Shown here: positions 10,034-22,135 of the stretch, piece after piece
Position numbering within the stretch: the stretch's first letter is position 1
How the letters are laid out: each line of letters starts with the position of its first letter
Source: an uncultured Candidatus Saccharibacteria bacterium
Lineage (GTDB): Bacteria; Patescibacteriota; CPR2; UBA1875; CAIMLA01
NCBI GenBank assembly: GCA_964641375.1
Contig: CAZXMN010000001.1
Span: 91,464 to 155,463, forward strand
Reading direction: 5' to 3'
Length of the DNA stretch: 64,000 nt
The notes under the pieces: generated by a model
Database searches by the model: none
What the model was told of the DNA's origin: nothing
Seen by the model: only the letters and a program-made list of their open reading frames with translations
Program-made: the position numbers and the translations under genes

Positions 10034-10217
10034 GGTTGCTCTCGGAGCCAGAGATGGCTTCGTCGTAACGACGAAGATTCTCCTTACGATCGTGATCCTC
10101 CTCTGCCCGCCGACGACCTTCAGTGAGACCGGTGCGGAAAACCGTTCCGACAAGAACGAATACGAGGAGTACCAGCGCCAGAATCGAGAAGACTATCGCC
10201 CAAACTGCAAGACTCAC
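10029..10217 (-). CDS. Small single-pass membrane peptide 1 (62 aa, GTG start) in GC-rich island B
   Basis: MSLAVWAIVFSILALVLLVFVLVG then a charged tail. The N-terminal WAIV motif is shared with peptide 3. GAGGGGGG lies upstream. Confidence 0.45.
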   Translation of the reverse strand: MSLAVWAIVFSILALVLLVFVLVGTVFRTGLTEGRRRAEEDHDRKENLRRYDEAISGSESNQ

Positions 10218-10240
10218 AGAACTACCCCCCTCGAGAAAAA

Positions 10241-10261
10241 TTGCGTGTTCGTGGCCCTACT
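10241..10261. repeat. 21-bp direct repeat copy 2 (ttgcgtgttcgtggccctact)
   Basis: 20/21 identical to copy 1. Lies just 3-prime of small ORF2. Confidence 0.8.
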
Positions 10262-10416
10262 CAGTCGTCATGGGAGTAGCTGAGTTTGACCTCTTCCTCG
10301 GCGTTGAACCTCCTGACTCTCTTAGAGAAGATCACCAAAATGTTCACGGCGAGGTAGACCAAGAGTCCGATGATTACCGCTAAAACCTCATAAATGAAAC
10401 AGCCAATCCGTTTCAT
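10261..10416 (-). CDS. Small single-pass membrane peptide 2 (51 aa) in island B
   Basis: ATG at 10416 preceded by AAATGGGAGGAACG (strong SD). MKRIGCFIYEVLAVIIGLLVYLAVNILVIF then a charged tail. Confidence 0.5.
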   Translation of the reverse strand: MKRIGCFIYEVLAVIIGLLVYLAVNILVIFSKRVRRFNAEEEVKLSYSHDD

Positions 10417-10468
10417 CGTTCCTCCCATTTCATTTAAAGAGTTCAGTAGCGGCTCTGCATTGAGGATT

Positions 10469-10582
10469 CTAATCCTCTTCGTAGAGATCCTGGTAAAGAT
10501 GAACAAGCGCCTCGAGGGCAACTAAGACCATGACAGCACCTGCGGCGATTACCACGACGATAGCCCATCCCCACCAAGGCAT
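10469..10582 (-). CDS. Small single-pass membrane peptide 3 (37 aa) in island B
   Basis: ATG at 10582 preceded by GGGGGAATC; MPWWGWAIVVVIAAGAVMVLVALEALVHLYQDLYEED. Too short for the ORF track. Paralogous to peptide 1 through the WAIV motif. Confidence 0.45.
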   Translation of the reverse strand: MPWWGWAIVVVIAAGAVMVLVALEALVHLYQDLYEED

Positions 10583-10642
10583 GATTCCCCCAGTTTTCTC
10601 AGGTACGCGCCGCCAGGCGCGAACACTTGGCTTTGTGCCGTG

Positions 10643-10671
10643 ATTATAATGCAGAAATGAATTATTTGCAA
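10643..10671 (-). promoter_or_regulatory. Candidate near-consensus promoter (TTGCAA-N17-TATAAT) reading into island B
   Basis: -35 at 10666-10671 and -10 at 10643-10648 on the minus strand with a 17-bp spacer. Immediately downstream of the fusA terminator. A CGCGCC/GGCGCG hairpin lies in the leader. Confidence 0.5.
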
Positions 10672-10675
10672 TAAT

Positions 10676-10700
10676 AAAAGAGGCCTGGAAGGCCTCTTTT
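10676..10700 (-). terminator. Intrinsic terminator downstream of fusA
   Basis: AAAAGAGGCC-tgga-aGGCCTCTTTT hairpin with T-run. Confidence 0.6.
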
Positions 10701-10729
10701 ATTTGAACAAATTATTTATTCAATAATTA

Positions 10730-12820
10730 TTACTCTGCCTGTTTCTTGCCACGTTTGGCAATAATTTCAACCGCAACGTTACCAGGAACTTCCTCGTAAT
10801 GATCAAATTCCATGGTACTAGTACCACGACCTTGGGTCATAGAACGAAGGTTCGTTGCATAACCAAACATTTCGGCTAGTGGCACGAATGCGTCCACAAT
10901 TTTGGCATTACCACGATCGGACATTTGTTGGATGCGACCACGTTTCGAGTTCAAATCGCCCATAATATCACCCATGTATTCCTCTGGAACAGTAACTTCA
11001 ACTTTCATGATAGGCTCAAGTATAATAGGAGTCGCTTTACGGACACCTTCTTGTACAGCCATGGAACCGGCGATTTTGAAGGCCATTTCATTCGAGTCAA
11101 CTTCATGGAAAGAGCCATCATAAAGCGTGACTTTGACGTCAACAACCGGATAACCAGCAATGACACCGTTATCAAGCGCCTCTTTGACACCGTTTTGAAC
11201 TGGATTGATGTATTCCTTCGGAATTGCGCCACCAACGATCTTGTTGATGAATTCGAAACCAGCGCCCTGTTCGTTTGGTTCTACTTCAAGCCAAACATGA
11301 CCATATTGACCACGACCACCTGATTGACGGATGAACTTACCTTCTTGTTTGACACTTGATTTGATAGTCTCGCGATACGCAACCTGAGGGCGTCCGACAT
11401 TGGCCTCAACCTTGAATTCACGTTTCATACGGTCAACGATAATATCGAGATGAAGTTCGCCCATACCGGCAATAATAGTTTGGCCGGTTTCCTCGTCAGA
11501 ATGAACTCGGAAAGTTGGATCTTCTTCAGCCAGTCTAGAGAGTGCGATACCCATTTTCTCTTGATCAGCCTTGGTCTTTGGCTCGATAGCCACCTGGATA
11601 ACCGGTTCTGGGAAAGTAATGTTTTCTAGAAGAACTGGATGTGCAGGATCACAAATCGTATTACCAGTTAAAGTATTTTTGAGACCTACTGCAGCAGCAA
11701 TCTCGCCCGCATACACTTCACTCACCTCTTCACGAGTATTGGCATGCATACGAACGATACGTCCGATACGCTCTTTCTCACCTGAAGCTACATTCAAAAC
11801 ATAACTACCAGAAGTGAGTTTACCGCGATAAACACGAAGGAAAGCCAGTTTACCGACGAACGGATCAGCAGCAATTTTGAAAACAAGACCGCAGAATGGA
11901 CCTTCGTCAGATGTTTCAACATCAACTTCTTCACCTGTCTTTGGATCCTCACCCTTTGCAGGTGGAACTTCTAGCGGACTTGGCAGATAATCAATCACGG
12001 CGTCAAGCATCGGCTGGACACCTTTATTCTTGAGTGCGGTACCGGCAAAAACACCAACAATATCACCCTTAATAGTAGCCGTACGCATAGCAGCTTTGAG
12101 TTCACCGACACTAGGCTCAACGCCCTCGAAGAATTTCTCTAATAGTGCGTCGTCGGTTTCGGAAATTTTTTCTACCATCACAGCACGGAATTCTTTGGCC
12201 TTATCTAGCATATCAGCAGGGACTTCAGCAATATGCTGTTCCTTGCCCATATCTTCATTACCGTAGTTAATTGACTTCATTTCCATGAGGTCAATAACGC
12301 CGGAAAAACCGGATTCCATACCGATAGGCAGCTGCATTGCTACAGCGTTAGCTCCAAGACGGTCTTTGATAGATTCAAGTGACATATAGAAATCAGCACC
12401 GATAGCATCGAGCTTGTTGACAAAAGCAATACGTGGAACGTTATATTTATCAGCTTGACGCCAAACAGTCTCCGACTGTGGTTCAACACCGTTTTTACCG
12501 TCAAAGACCACTACAGCGCCATCAAGTACACGAAGAGAACGCTCAACCTCAACTGTGAAGTCTACGTGTCCTGGTGTATCAATAATGTTGATGCGATGAT
12601 CATGCCAGAAACAGGTTGTAGCAGCAGACGTGATAGTGATACCACGTTCTTGCTCTTGCTCCATCCAGTCCATAGTGGCAGCGCCTTCATGCACTTCACC
12701 AATTTTGTGAGTACGTCCGGTGTAGTAAAGGATACGCTCAGTGACCGTCGTTTTACCGGCGTCAATGTGAGCAGCAATTCCAATGTTACGCGTCTTGTCT
12801 AGTGAATATTCTCTAGGCAT
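10730..12820 (-). CDS. fusA: Elongation factor G
   Basis: 696 aa [28 protein letters not shown]..., EF-G domain order. Confidence 0.95.
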   Translation of the reverse strand: MPREYSLDKTRNIGIAAHIDAGKTTVTERILYYTGRTHKIGEVHEGAATMDWMEQEQERGITITSAATTCFWHDHRINIIDTPGHVDFTVEVERSLRVLDGAVVVFDGKNGVEPQSETVWRQADKYNVPRIAFVNKLDAIGADFYMSLESIKDRLGANAVAMQLPIGMESGFSGVIDLMEMKSINYGNEDMGKEQHIAEVPADMLDKAKEFRAVMVEKISETDDALLEKFFEGVEPSVGELKAAMRTATIKGDIVGVFAGTALKNKGVQPMLDAVIDYLPSPLEVPPAKGEDPKTGEEVDVETSDEGPFCGLVFKIAADPFVGKLAFLRVYRGKLTSGSYVLNVASGEKERIGRIVRMHANTREEVSEVYAGEIAAAVGLKNTLTGNTICDPAHPVLLENITFPEPVIQVAIEPKTKADQEKMGIALSRLAEEDPTFRVHSDEETGQTIIAGMGELHLDIIVDRMKREFKVEANVGRPQVAYRETIKSSVKQEGKFIRQSGGRGQYGHVWLEVEPNEQGAGFEFINKIVGGAIPKEYINPVQNGVKEALDNGVIAGYPVVDVKVTLYDGSFHEVDSNEMAFKIAGSMAVQEGVRKATPIILEPIMKVEVTVPEEYMGDIMGDLNSKRGRIQQMSDRGNAKIVDAFVPLAEMFGYATNLRSMTQGRGTSTMEFDHYEEVPGNVAVEIIAKRGKKQAE

Positions 12821-12836
12821 ATATCCCCTCTTTTAT

Positions 12837-13313
12837 TTAGTATCTTGCAAAATGAGCGAAGGCTTTATTGGCCTCGGCCATCTTGTGAGTATCTTCACGC
12901 TTCTTGATAGCTGTGCCAACGTTGTTGTATGCATCCACAATCTCAGTAGCTAAAGCTTTGTCGAAGGACATCCCTTTGCGTGAGCGAGCAGCATCACGAA
13001 GCCACATGAAAGCGTAATGGAGACGTCTGTCGCCTTTCACTTCCATTGGTACTTGGTAAGTCGCGCCACCAATACGGCGGGATTTAACCTGTACAACAGG
13101 TGAAATGTTCTTGATAGCGGTTTCGAAAACTTCGAGCCCTGGCTTCTGGGTCTTGTTGCCAGCCTCTTCGATAGCTCCGTAAACGAGTTTCTGAGCTAAG
13201 CTCTTTTTGCCATCAAGCATAACTTTGTTGATAAACTTAGCCACAAGAATGCTGTGATACTGGGCATCTGGCTTTAGTATTCTTTTTTCTACTTTTCTTG
13301 GATCTCTAGGCAT
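12837..13313 (-). CDS. rpsG: 30S ribosomal protein S7
   Basis: 158 aa ORF matching the S7 family in the str operon. Confidence 0.93.
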   Translation of the reverse strand: MPRDPRKVEKRILKPDAQYHSILVAKFINKVMLDGKKSLAQKLVYGAIEEAGNKTQKPGLEVFETAIKNISPVVQVKSRRIGGATYQVPMEVKGDRRLHYAFMWLRDAARSRKGMSFDKALATEIVDAYNNVGTAIKKREDTHKMAEANKAFAHFARY

Positions 13314-13323
13314 TTACTGCTCC

Positions 13324-13731
13324 TTATGCTTTCTTAGCGCCGTATTTACTACGACCTTGTTTGCGATTAGTAACCCCAGCAGCATCCAAGGTTCCTCTAA
13401 CGATATGATAACGTACACCTGGTAAGTCCTTTACGCGTCCGCCGCGAATCATGACCACACTATGCTCTTGCAAATTGTGACCAACACCGGGGATGTAAGC
13501 CGTAACTTCCATCTGGTTAGTAAGGCGTACACGAGCGATTTTACGTAAAGCCGAGTTTGGTTTCTTCGGGGTAGTCGTTGTAACTTTGACACATACTCCC
13601 CTTTTCTGAGGCGATGAATCTAGAGTGGCTCTATTCTTGAGCGCGTTAAAACCGCGTCCAAGAGCCGGCGACTTCGACTTTGAAACTTTACTTTTCCTTG
13701 GCTTACGAATTAATTGATTTATTGTTGGCAT
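13324..13731 (-). CDS. rpsL: 30S ribosomal protein S12
   Basis: 135 aa [16 protein letters not shown]...[10 protein letters not shown], the S12 signature. Confidence 0.95.
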   Translation of the reverse strand: MPTINQLIRKPRKSKVSKSKSPALGRGFNALKNRATLDSSPQKRGVCVKVTTTTPKKPNSALRKIARVRLTNQMEVTAYIPGVGHNLQEHSVVMIRGGRVKDLPGVRYHIVRGTLDAAGVTNRKQGRSKYGAKKA

Positions 13732-13765
13732 TTTTCTCCTTGAAAATCTAATAGATTTTATCAGA

Positions 13766-16700
13766 TTATTTGTTTCTGGTCAATGATTGGGCAAAACCTG
13801 TCCCAGCCGGGATTAGCTTACCAATGATGACGTTTTCCTTTAGTCCTCTGAGATCGTCGACCTTTCCGGCAACGGCAGCCCCAATGAGAACACGACTGGT
13901 CTCTTGGAACGAAGCAGCTGATAGGAAACTATCCGTTGTAATTGATACTTTTGTGATAGACAGGAGTAGATTTGTGAATTCGGCTAGCATACTCTTCGCT
14001 GCCTTGGCTTTATTGTTTTCACGCTGCAGAGCAGAACGAGAAACGATTTCACCAGCAATGAAAGGAGTTGCTCCGGATTCATCGATGCGACAACGACTAA
14101 ACATCTGACGAATGATGACTTCGATGTGCTTGTCGTTGATTGTCTGACCCTGGGAAGCATATGTCTGTTGGACTTCGGTCATGATGTAGCGTTCGACAGC
14201 ATTCTCACCCATCAACTTCAGTGCGTCTTGTAAGTTCCATGAACCTTCAGTGATTTGAGTACCAACTTCAACAGCGTCGCCATTCTTGACATAGACACCA
14301 ACCTGAGAGGGTACTTCATAAGATTTAACTTCAGCGTCTCGGACCACGTGAATTTGACCGTCTTTCAGTTTGACTGTACCACTATTCTTGGCTTTCATCG
14401 GCTTCTTGCCATCTTCTTTTGATGCGAGTACGTCCTTCGGCTCAACAAACTGATTATTCTTGACTTGAACTTTAAGCTCACCAACGTCATAGACATCTTC
14501 TGTCAGAACATCAGAAACAATATCAATTTTATGTTTACCCTTGGCTGTTTCTACTCTGATCTTACCTGAAATTTCAGCGAGAATAGCCTGACCCTTTGGC
14601 TGACGAGCTTCAAATAGCTCTTCAACACGAGGTAGACCTTGAGTGATATCAACGCCAGCAATACCACCAGCATGGAACGTACGCATCGTTAGCTGAGTTC
14701 CTGGCTCACCAATGGATTGAGCTGCAATAATTCCGACAGCCTCACCGAGAGCGATTAGACCACCACGAGCAAGGTCGGAACCATAACATTTTTGGCAAAC
14801 TCCCCAAACTGATTCGCAAGTAAGCGCGGAACGAATTGTTACTGAGTCTATATTTGCTTTATCAAGTTTGGCAAAGTCTTCTAGAGTAACTAGTGAACCC
14901 TTTTTGAGAACAATCTCACCGGTCTTAGAATCAACAGCATCCTTAGCGAGAACACGGCTGATAACACGAGCAGCAAAATCTTCACCAATCTTCGATGAAT
15001 CACTCTTCATAATCACAGTACCACTCTTGGTGCCGCAATCATTTTCGCTAACAACAACTTCCTGAGCTACATCCACCAGACGACGAGTCAAATAACCAGA
15101 GTCAGACGTCTTGAGAGCCGTATCGGATAGACCCTTACGAGCACCATGTGTAGACGAGAAGTATTCTAGAGAAGAAAGACCTTCCTTATAGTTTGATTTG
15201 ATTGGGAACTCAATAGTACGCCCGGAAGCATTAACCACAAGGCCTTTCATACCGGCCATCTGTGCCATCTGTGAGATATTACCACGAGCTCCAGAATTCA
15301 TCATAACAGCGGCAGATGATCTTGAATCCATTTGCTTTTCCATCGCATTCATGACTTCATCACGAGCTTCCATCCAAATCTCAAGTACCTTGGCGTATTT
15401 TTCGTCTTCAGTGATGAGACCTTGATTATATTGCGCAAAGACTTGATTCTCTCTGTCGCCAAATTTGGCGAGAATTTCTTCTTTGTTATCAGGGATATGA
15501 AAGTCATCCATCGACATCGAGATGCCCGAAAGTGTGGAATACTCGAAACCAAGTGTTTTCATCTTATCAACAAAAACTACTGTCTCTTCTTGCCCATAAT
15601 TACGGAAGATTGTCTCAATAATTGTTGTCAACTTCTTGGAAGTTTGTGGTTCATTGAGGAAAGGATAAGTAGCTGGCAGGATCTCATTGAAGAGAATTCT
15701 ACCAACTGTAGTTTCAGTCAGGTCAGCATCGATAGGATTAATACGAACTTTAACCTTGGATCTGACACCGATTTCACCAACATTATAGGCATAAATAACC
15801 TCGTTTGTGTTGGAGTAAGCTTTAACTTCTTTCTGGTCGGTATCTTCGACAGTCATCCAATATGTACCAAGAACGATATCTTGAGATGGCTTAACTACAG
15901 GTTCGCCTGCAGCAGGCTTAAGAAGATTCTTCGTCGAAAGCATGATTTCAGCTGCTTCTTTTTGAGATTGGATCGAAAGAGGCACATGAACGGCCATTTG
16001 GTCACCGTCAAAGTCAGCGTTGAAGGCTGAACACACAAGAGGATGAATCTGAATGGCTTTACCTTCGATTAGAACCGGCTTGAAAGCCTGAATACCAAGA
16101 CGATGAAGGGTTGGAGCACGATTTAGGAGTACGTACTTTCCGGCGATCACTGAATCAAGTGCATCCCAAACTTCATTTCGACTTCGTTCAATCATACGTG
16201 AAGCGCTCTTCACATTATGTGCAATCCCATCAGTGATGAGTTTCGAGATAACAAAAGGTTTGAAAAGCTCGAGAGCCATCATCTTTGGCAGGCCACACTG
16301 GTCCAGTTTGAGCTCAGGACCGACGACGATAACCGAACGACCTGAATAGTCGACACGTTTACCGAGTAGATTTTGACGGAAACGACCCTGTTTACCCTTG
16401 AGCATATCAGCAAGTGAGCGAAGCTTCTTGCGGCTTGTAGCCATTGAAACATTCTTATCACGACGGGCGCTGTTATCGATCAGAGCATCAACGGCTTCCT
16501 GCAACATACGTTTTTCATTACGGCAGATAACTTCAGGTGCGTCCATATCGAGTAACTTCTTGAGACGTGTATTACGGTTTATCACACGACGATAAAGATC
16601 GTTCAAGTCAGAAGTAGCAAAACGACCACCATCAAGCTGAACCATAGGACGTAAATCCGGTGGAATAACTGGCATTACAGTCATAATCATCCATTCAGGT

Positions 16701-17524
16701 TTGATTCCGGCACTAATGAAACCTTCAATAAGTTTCAGTCTCTTGATAGCTTTCTTTCTCTTCACACCCTGTGAACCATCAACTTCATCACGAAGTTGTT
16801 TGACGAGAACCTCTAAGTCAATCTTTTCAAGTAGGAGTTTGATAGCTTCGGCACCAATACTAGCTGTGAAAATCTCACCATATTTTAGCGAGAAATCACG
16901 GTATTTGGACTCGGAAATAATCTCGAGTGGCAAAATCTGTGAAATTTCATCACGGGCTGTTGAACGATAATGTTCGAGTTCATCAATCTGTTTATCACGA
17001 CTTTCAACATCTTTTTCAGTTGCTTCAATTTCAGCTTTTCTAGTTTTGAATTCTTCATCAATTTGTTTCTTAGCAGCTGCTTTTGCTTCCTCATCAACGG
17101 TTAGAATAATGTAATTCGCAAAATAGGCAACTTTTTCCAAATCACGGGCTGACATATTGAGAGTCAGACCGATAGAACTCGGTACACCACGAAGGAACCA
17201 GATATGTGTAACAGGAACAGCCAGTTTAATGTGGCCCATACGTTCACGACGAACGATAGAGCGAGTGACTTCAACGCCACAACGATCGCAAACCACACCC
17301 TTATAACGGATTCTCTTGTATTTACCGCAGTAACATTCCCAGTCTTTCGCAGGACCGAAAATCTTCTCACAGAAAAGTCCGTCTTTTTCAGGCTTTAGAG
17401 TTCTATAATTAATCGTCTCCGGTTTGGTAACCTCACCGTGCGACCAATCAAGAATCTGCTTTGGTGAAGCGATTGAAAGCTTAATAGCTTTGAAAGTATC
17501 GTTTTTTGTTTCGCTTATAATCAC
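13766..17524 (-). CDS. rpoC: DNA-directed RNA polymerase subunit beta-prime
   Basis: 1252 aa ORF with zinc-finger [23 protein letters not shown] and the NADFDGD catalytic motif. GTG start at 17524 overlaps the rpoB stop. Confidence 0.95.
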   Translation of the reverse strand: MIISETKNDTFKAIKLSIASPKQILDWSHGEVTKPETINYRTLKPEKDGLFCEKIFGPAKDWECYCGKYKRIRYKGVVCDRCGVEVTRSIVRRERMGHIKLAVPVTHIWFLRGVPSSIGLTLNMSARDLEKVAYFANYIILTVDEEAKAAAKKQIDEEFKTRKAEIEATEKDVESRDKQIDELEHYRSTARDEISQILPLEIISESKYRDFSLKYGEIFTASIGAEAIKLLLEKIDLEVLVKQLRDEVDGSQGVKRKKAIKRLKLIEGFISAGIKPEWMIMTVMPVIPPDLRPMVQLDGGRFATSDLNDLYRRVINRNTRLKKLLDMDAPEVICRNEKRMLQEAVDALIDNSARRDKNVSMATSRKKLRSLADMLKGKQGRFRQNLLGKRVDYSGRSVIVVGPELKLDQCGLPKMMALELFKPFVISKLITDGIAHNVKSASRMIERSRNEVWDALDSVIAGKYVLLNRAPTLHRLGIQAFKPVLIEGKAIQIHPLVCSAFNADFDGDQMAVHVPLSIQSQKEAAEIMLSTKNLLKPAAGEPVVKPSQDIVLGTYWMTVEDTDQKEVKAYSNTNEVIYAYNVGEIGVRSKVKVRINPIDADLTETTVGRILFNEILPATYPFLNEPQTSKKLTTIIETIFRNYGQEETVVFVDKMKTLGFEYSTLSGISMSMDDFHIPDNKEEILAKFGDRENQVFAQYNQGLITEDEKYAKVLEIWMEARDEVMNAMEKQMDSRSSAAVMMNSGARGNISQMAQMAGMKGLVVNASGRTIEFPIKSNYKEGLSSLEYFSSTHGARKGLSDTALKTSDSGYLTRRLVDVAQEVVVSENDCGTKSGTVIMKSDSSKIGEDFAARVISRVLAKDAVDSKTGEIVLKKGSLVTLEDFAKLDKANIDSVTIRSALTCESVWGVCQKCYGSDLARGGLIALGEAVGIIAAQSIGEPGTQLTMRTFHAGGIAGVDITQGLPRVEELFEARQPKGQAILAEISGKIRVETAKGKHKIDIVSDVLTEDVYDVGELKVQVKNNQFVEPKDVLASKEDGKKPMKAKNSGTVKLKDGQIHVVRDAEVKSYEVPSQVGVYVKNGDAVEVGTQITEGSWNLQDALKLMGENAVERYIMTEVQQTYASQGQTINDKHIEVIIRQMFSRCRIDESGATPFIAGEIVSRSALQRENNKAKAAKSMLAEFTNLLLSITKVSITTDSFLSAASFQETSRVLIGAAVAGKVDDLRGLKENVIIGKLIPAGTGFAQSLTRNK

Positions 17525-17525
17525 T

Positions 17526-20500
17526 TTATTTCTCCTCTGTTACTTCTTCTAGTGCTTCGAAGTCGTCGACCGAGTGTTCATCTTCTATATCTACAGCAGG
17601 AAGTTCTTTTTCAGCTTCATCTCCTACCATCAGGTTTGAGTTCTTGAGAACGTCAATGTCCTCTTCGTAACTCTCTTCTATAAGTTGTTCAGCCTCGAGA
17701 GTAACCTCTCCGCCGGCTTTTTCTTCTTGAATCAAATCAACATCCAACCCTAAACCTTGCAGTTCTTTTACAAGAACATTGAATGATTCTGGGATACGAG
17801 GTTCTTTGATATCTTCTCCTTTGATAACAGACTCATAAGCCTTCGAACGTCCGATAACATCATCAGATTTAATGGTCAGAATTTCCTGAAGTGTATGAGC
17901 GGCACCATAAGCTTCAAGTGCCCATACTTCCATTTCCCCAAATCTCTGTCCACCAAACTGAGCTTTACCACCAAGAGGTTGCTGTGTAACCATAGCGTAA
18001 GGCCCGATTGAACGAGCGTGAATCTTGTCTTCAACGAGATGAAGTAGTTTCAAGAAATATTTATATCCAACCACGGTTCTCTCAACGAATGGTTCTCCGG
18101 TACGGCCATCATAAAGCTGGACGCGACCATCTTCTGGAAGTCCGGCTTCAGATAGAAGTCCCTTGATCTGATCAATAGTGACACCATTGAAGACCGGTGA
18201 AGCAATCTTGATACCAAGTGCTTGTGCGGCCCAGCCAAGATGTGTCTCCAAAACCTGTCCGAAGTTCAAACGAGAAGAAATACCTTGAGGATTCAGTAAA
18301 ACGTCTAGCGGAGTACCATCTTCAAGATATGGCATGTCTTCAACCGGCAATATACGAGCGATAACGCCTTTATTACCATGACGTCCAGCCATCTTGTCTC
18401 CGACAGCAATCTTGCGCATCTGAGCAACCATAACATAAACTTGCATGATTACGCCGGCAGGAAGTTCATCGCCTTTGTCGCGACTCTTGACGCCAATATT
18501 GACAACTTTACCGTGAACTCCAGGTGGAACGCGAAGAGAACTGTCTTTCACATCTCTGGCTTTTTCACCAAAGATTGCGCGCAGTAATCTTTCTTCAGCC
18601 GTAAGTTCAGTTTCACCCTTTGGTGTAATCTTACCAACAAGGATGTCACCAGCGACAACTTCAGCACCGGTAGAAACAACGCCTTCTTCATCGAGATCGC
18701 GAAGTGCGTCTTCACCAACATTTGGAATATCCCGAGTAATAACTTCAGGCCCTAGCTTGGTATCACGAACATCAATATGGAATTCTTCAAGATGGATTGA
18801 TGTATAGCGGTCATCTTTGACGAGCCTCTCTGAGAGAATGATGGCATCTTCAAAGTTATTACCACCCCAGCACATAAAGCCGACGAGAACATTCTGACCA
18901 AGAGCAAGTTCTCCACCTTCGATAGCAGCGCCGTCCACGAGTAGATCACCTTTTTTGAATTTATCCCCCTTGGATACTGCAGGTCTTTGATTAATACAAG
19001 TATCACTGTTTGTCTGAGCAAATTTGTCTAACAAAATAATTTCTTCTTTGCCATCGCTATATTTTACCTTTATGGAATCTGCAGTTGCTGAAAGTACTTC
19101 GCCGGCTGCACGTGCTAGAGCAACTTGGCCAGAGTCTTCAGCGACCTTAGCCTCATTACCGGTTCCAACGATTGGAGCCTGTGGTTTGATGACAGAAACA
19201 GCCTGACGTTGCATATTAGCACCCATCAAAGCGCGACGAGCATCATCATGTTCAACAAAAGGAATGAGTGAAGTCGAAATACTATAAGGCTGCTCAGTAG
19301 CCACGTCGATATAATCAATTTCTTCGACTTTAACTTCATCGGCCTCACCATTTCTACGAGCAATAGCAGTTTTCTCTAGGAAATAACCCTTTTCATCGAC
19401 TAATGTCTTTGCCTGAGCGATGATACATTTTTCTTCGTCATCGGCAGCTAGATAATCAACTTCGTTCGTAGCACGTGGCTTACCGTTTTTGTCTTTTTCA
19501 ACTTTGCGATAAGGAGTTTCAATAAAACCATAACTATTAATCTTAGCGAATGATGCCATTGCGTTCACAAGTCCGATATTTGGTCCTTCCGGAGTCTCAA
19601 TTGGACAAATGCGACCGTAGTGTGTTTTGTGTACGTCACGAACTTCAAAACCGGCTCGCTCGCGGGACAGGCCACCTGGCCCGAGTGAGCTGAGACGTCT
19701 TTTGTGAGCAAGTTCAGTCAAAGGATTGGTCTGATCCATAAATTGTGATAATTGTGAACTAGCGAAAAATTCGCGAACTGCAGCAACTATAGGACGGACA
19801 TTAATCAGTTGACTTGCGGTCACGGTCTCAAGATCGTAAATAGACATACGATCTTTTATGTTTCTTTCAGTACGAGCTAGCCCGATACGGAATTTCTGTT
19901 GAATAAGTTCGCCAACGGTTCGGACTCGACGATTTCCCATATGGTCAATGTCATCAGCGACGCCACCATTGTTGTTCAAAGTAATAATTTCCTTAACAAT
20001 GGCTACGAGGTCTTCACGTCTAAAGGCACGATTCTCACGAGTATTCTTAATATCAGTATTGAGGCGTTTGTTCATTTTGTAACGACCAACTCGAGAAAGG
20101 TCATATTTCTTAACATCGAAGAATAGCCCTTCGACGAAGCTACGAGCGTTCTCAACGGTGGCTAAATCACCAGGACGAATACGTTTGTAGACTTCTACAA
20201 AAGCTTCACCTTGGTTGCTTGCAGGGTCTTTTTCGAGGGTGTTGGCAATAAAATCACGCTCTTTATTGGTGTTTACATCATGGAAAAGAGCTTTAATTTC
20301 TTCATCTGTGCCATAACCAAATGCACGAAGAAGCGTTGTGATAGGGATTTTTCTCTTGCGATCAATTTTTGCATAAATACCGTCCTGGGCAGCAGTCTCG
20401 ATTTCAAGCCAAGCTCCGCGTCCAGGAATGACCTTGGCACCAAAAAGAGTACCAACATTGGCTTCTTCAGAAGTAAAGTACACTCCCGGAGAACGAACAA

Positions 20501-20921
20501 GTTGTGAAACAACGACACGTTCAACACCATTGATGATGAATGTACCGCGATCGGTCATAATAGGCATGTCACCAAGGAAAACTTCCTGGACTCTTTTCTT
20601 GCCTGTTTCTTTGATAGTTATTTCGACATTAGCTTTAAGTGGGGCTTCGTAAGTAACTTTCTTCTCTTTGGAAAGTTTCTCTGAATATTTTGCGTCCCCA
20701 AGCCAGTAGTCTTTGAAAGAAATCGACACTAGTTTACCAGTGTAGTCGTCGATCGGTGAAACTTCTTCGAAAAGCTCTGCTAGCCCTTCACGAAGAAACC
20801 ACTTGAAGCTGTCCGTCTGAATCTCGGTCAGATTCGGAAGCTGTAGAACGTCCGGGGATGGATTTAGGTATTTGCGTCCGAGCTTGGATTCGGAAGCAAA
20901 CTTGAGCTGATTTTTGGCCAT
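17526..20921 (-). CDS. rpoB: DNA-directed RNA polymerase subunit beta, with an acidic C-terminal extension
   Basis: 1131 aa ORF matching the RpoB family. About 60 C-terminal residues are Glu/Asp-rich. Confidence 0.95.
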   Translation of the reverse strand: MAKNQLKFASESKLGRKYLNPSPDVLQLPNLTEIQTDSFKWFLREGLAELFEEVSPIDDYTGKLVSISFKDYWLGDAKYSEKLSKEKKVTYEAPLKANVEITIKETGKKRVQEVFLGDMPIMTDRGTFIINGVERVVVSQLVRSPGVYFTSEEANVGTLFGAKVIPGRGAWLEIETAAQDGIYAKIDRKRKIPITTLLRAFGYGTDEEIKALFHDVNTNKERDFIANTLEKDPASNQGEAFVEVYKRIRPGDLATVENARSFVEGLFFDVKKYDLSRVGRYKMNKRLNTDIKNTRENRAFRREDLVAIVKEIITLNNNGGVADDIDHMGNRRVRTVGELIQQKFRIGLARTERNIKDRMSIYDLETVTASQLINVRPIVAAVREFFASSQLSQFMDQTNPLTELAHKRRLSSLGPGGLSRERAGFEVRDVHKTHYGRICPIETPEGPNIGLVNAMASFAKINSYGFIETPYRKVEKDKNGKPRATNEVDYLAADDEEKCIIAQAKTLVDEKGYFLEKTAIARRNGEADEVKVEEIDYIDVATEQPYSISTSLIPFVEHDDARRALMGANMQRQAVSVIKPQAPIVGTGNEAKVAEDSGQVALARAAGEVLSATADSIKVKYSDGKEEIILLDKFAQTNSDTCINQRPAVSKGDKFKKGDLLVDGAAIEGGELALGQNVLVGFMCWGGNNFEDAIILSERLVKDDRYTSIHLEEFHIDVRDTKLGPEVITRDIPNVGEDALRDLDEEGVVSTGAEVVAGDILVGKITPKGETELTAEERLLRAIFGEKARDVKDSSLRVPPGVHGKVVNIGVKSRDKGDELPAGVIMQVYVMVAQMRKIAVGDKMAGRHGNKGVIARILPVEDMPYLEDGTPLDVLLNPQGISSRLNFGQVLETHLGWAAQALGIKIASPVFNGVTIDQIKGLLSEAGLPEDGRVQLYDGRTGEPFVERTVVGYKYFLKLLHLVEDKIHARSIGPYAMVTQQPLGGKAQFGGQRFGEMEVWALEAYGAAHTLQEILTIKSDDVIGRSKAYESVIKGEDIKEPRIPESFNVLVKELQGLGLDVDLIQEEKAGGEVTLEAEQLIEESYEEDIDVLKNSNLMVGDEAEKELPAVDIEDEHSVDDFEALEEVTEEK

Positions 20922-21046
20922 AAAAATGCTCGCTCCTTATATTTATGTTAATAATTTCTAAGGGGTTTTTCGTAATTCTCGTTGTTTTTGAGCCCAAAAG
21001 CTGTACTCAGGAGTCTACTATATTTTGTATCTAATGTCAACGTTTT

Positions 21047-22105
21047 TTATGGTGTCCAGTCCGTCTTTGCTGATAGGACTTCAATAAATGTAGCAACTAA
21101 TTTCGCCGCATTTTCCATATCTTCACTATCAGCGACTTCGCCTGGTGTGTGCATATATCTGACAGGAACACTGACAACTGCGGTCGCCATACCTGACTTA
21201 TTGAGCTGCATAATGAAAGCATCTGTACCTGAATCACCTCCACCGGCTTCGATCTGATAAGGAATCTTATTCTTTTTGGCAGTTTCAATAAGTATCTCAG
21301 CAAGTTTTGGAGTCGCATTGGCACCACGCAAGATTACCGGTCCTCTACCAAGTTCAATGTCACCATTTTTTGACTTATTGGCTGTCGGATAATCAATACC
21401 ATGGCACACATCGACTGCAATGCCCACTTCTGCGTCTACATTGAAGGCGGCTGTTCTAGCGCCCCTGCGGCCGACTTCTTCTTGAGTCGTTGCAACAGCC
21501 GAAACAGAAACGGCAATTTTTTTGTCAACAAGAAGGCGTAAAGTCTCCGCAATGACAAATACTCCAGCCTTATCATCAAAAGCCCTGGAGAGAATTTTAT
21601 TTCCGAGAAGCTTTTCGAGACCATAACTTACCGTCGCAGCATCTCCGATTGTTACTAATTTTTCGGCTTCCTTTTTGTCTTTTGCGCCAATATCGATCCA
21701 GAGATCAGAAAGTTTCAGGGCTTTTCCACGCTCTTCTCTCTCTAACATATGGATTGCTGTACGCCCAATAATGCCACGTACGAAACCTTTACTGGTATGA
21801 ATATCCACCCTGGCTCCAGGAAGAACACTGGGATCAATACCCCCTATTTCTTGAAAGTATAAAAAACCTTTGTCATCGATATAGTGAATAATCATTCCGA
21901 TTTCATCGATGTGCCCGGCTAACATTACTTTAGACCCGGCGGATGGATTTTTGACTGCGATTACACTTCCCATAACATCGGTAGTAACCTCATCGGCATA
22001 TTTCTTCACATAGTCACGATAAACTTTAGCTGCGGCACCTTCGTATCCCGATGGGCTTGGAGCATTTATTAGGTTTTCGAGAAAATTATACTGTTCTGTT
22101 TTCAT
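21047..22105 (-). CDS. M42 family aminopeptidase (FrvX/YsdC/CelM-like)
   Basis: 352 aa ORF with the HIDEIG and AFDDKAG motifs typical of M42 metallopeptidases. Confidence 0.8.
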   Translation of the reverse strand: MKTEQYNFLENLINAPSPSGYEGAAAKVYRDYVKKYADEVTTDVMGSVIAVKNPSAGSKVMLAGHIDEIGMIIHYIDDKGFLYFQEIGGIDPSVLPGARVDIHTSKGFVRGIIGRTAIHMLEREERGKALKLSDLWIDIGAKDKKEAEKLVTIGDAATVSYGLEKLLGNKILSRAFDDKAGVFVIAETLRLLVDKKIAVSVSAVATTQEEVGRRGARTAAFNVDAEVGIAVDVCHGIDYPTANKSKNGDIELGRGPVILRGANATPKLAEILIETAKKNKIPYQIEAGGGDSGTDAFIMQLNKSGMATAVVSVPVRYMHTPGEVADSEDMENAAKLVATFIEVLSAKTDWTP

Positions 22106-22135
22106 TCTCTCCCCTTCTTGATTAAAAATTTTGAA

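Noticed and set aside
10013-10261. Possibility that the 21-bp repeats are a CRISPR array
   Set aside because: There are only two copies, about 228 bp apart. No cas genes are present and the spacers encode ORFs. Not CRISPR-like.
15332-16030. 232-aa plus-strand ORF inside rpoC
   Set aside because: Fully antisense to conserved beta-prime coding sequence. No SD and no recognisable domains. Shadow ORF.
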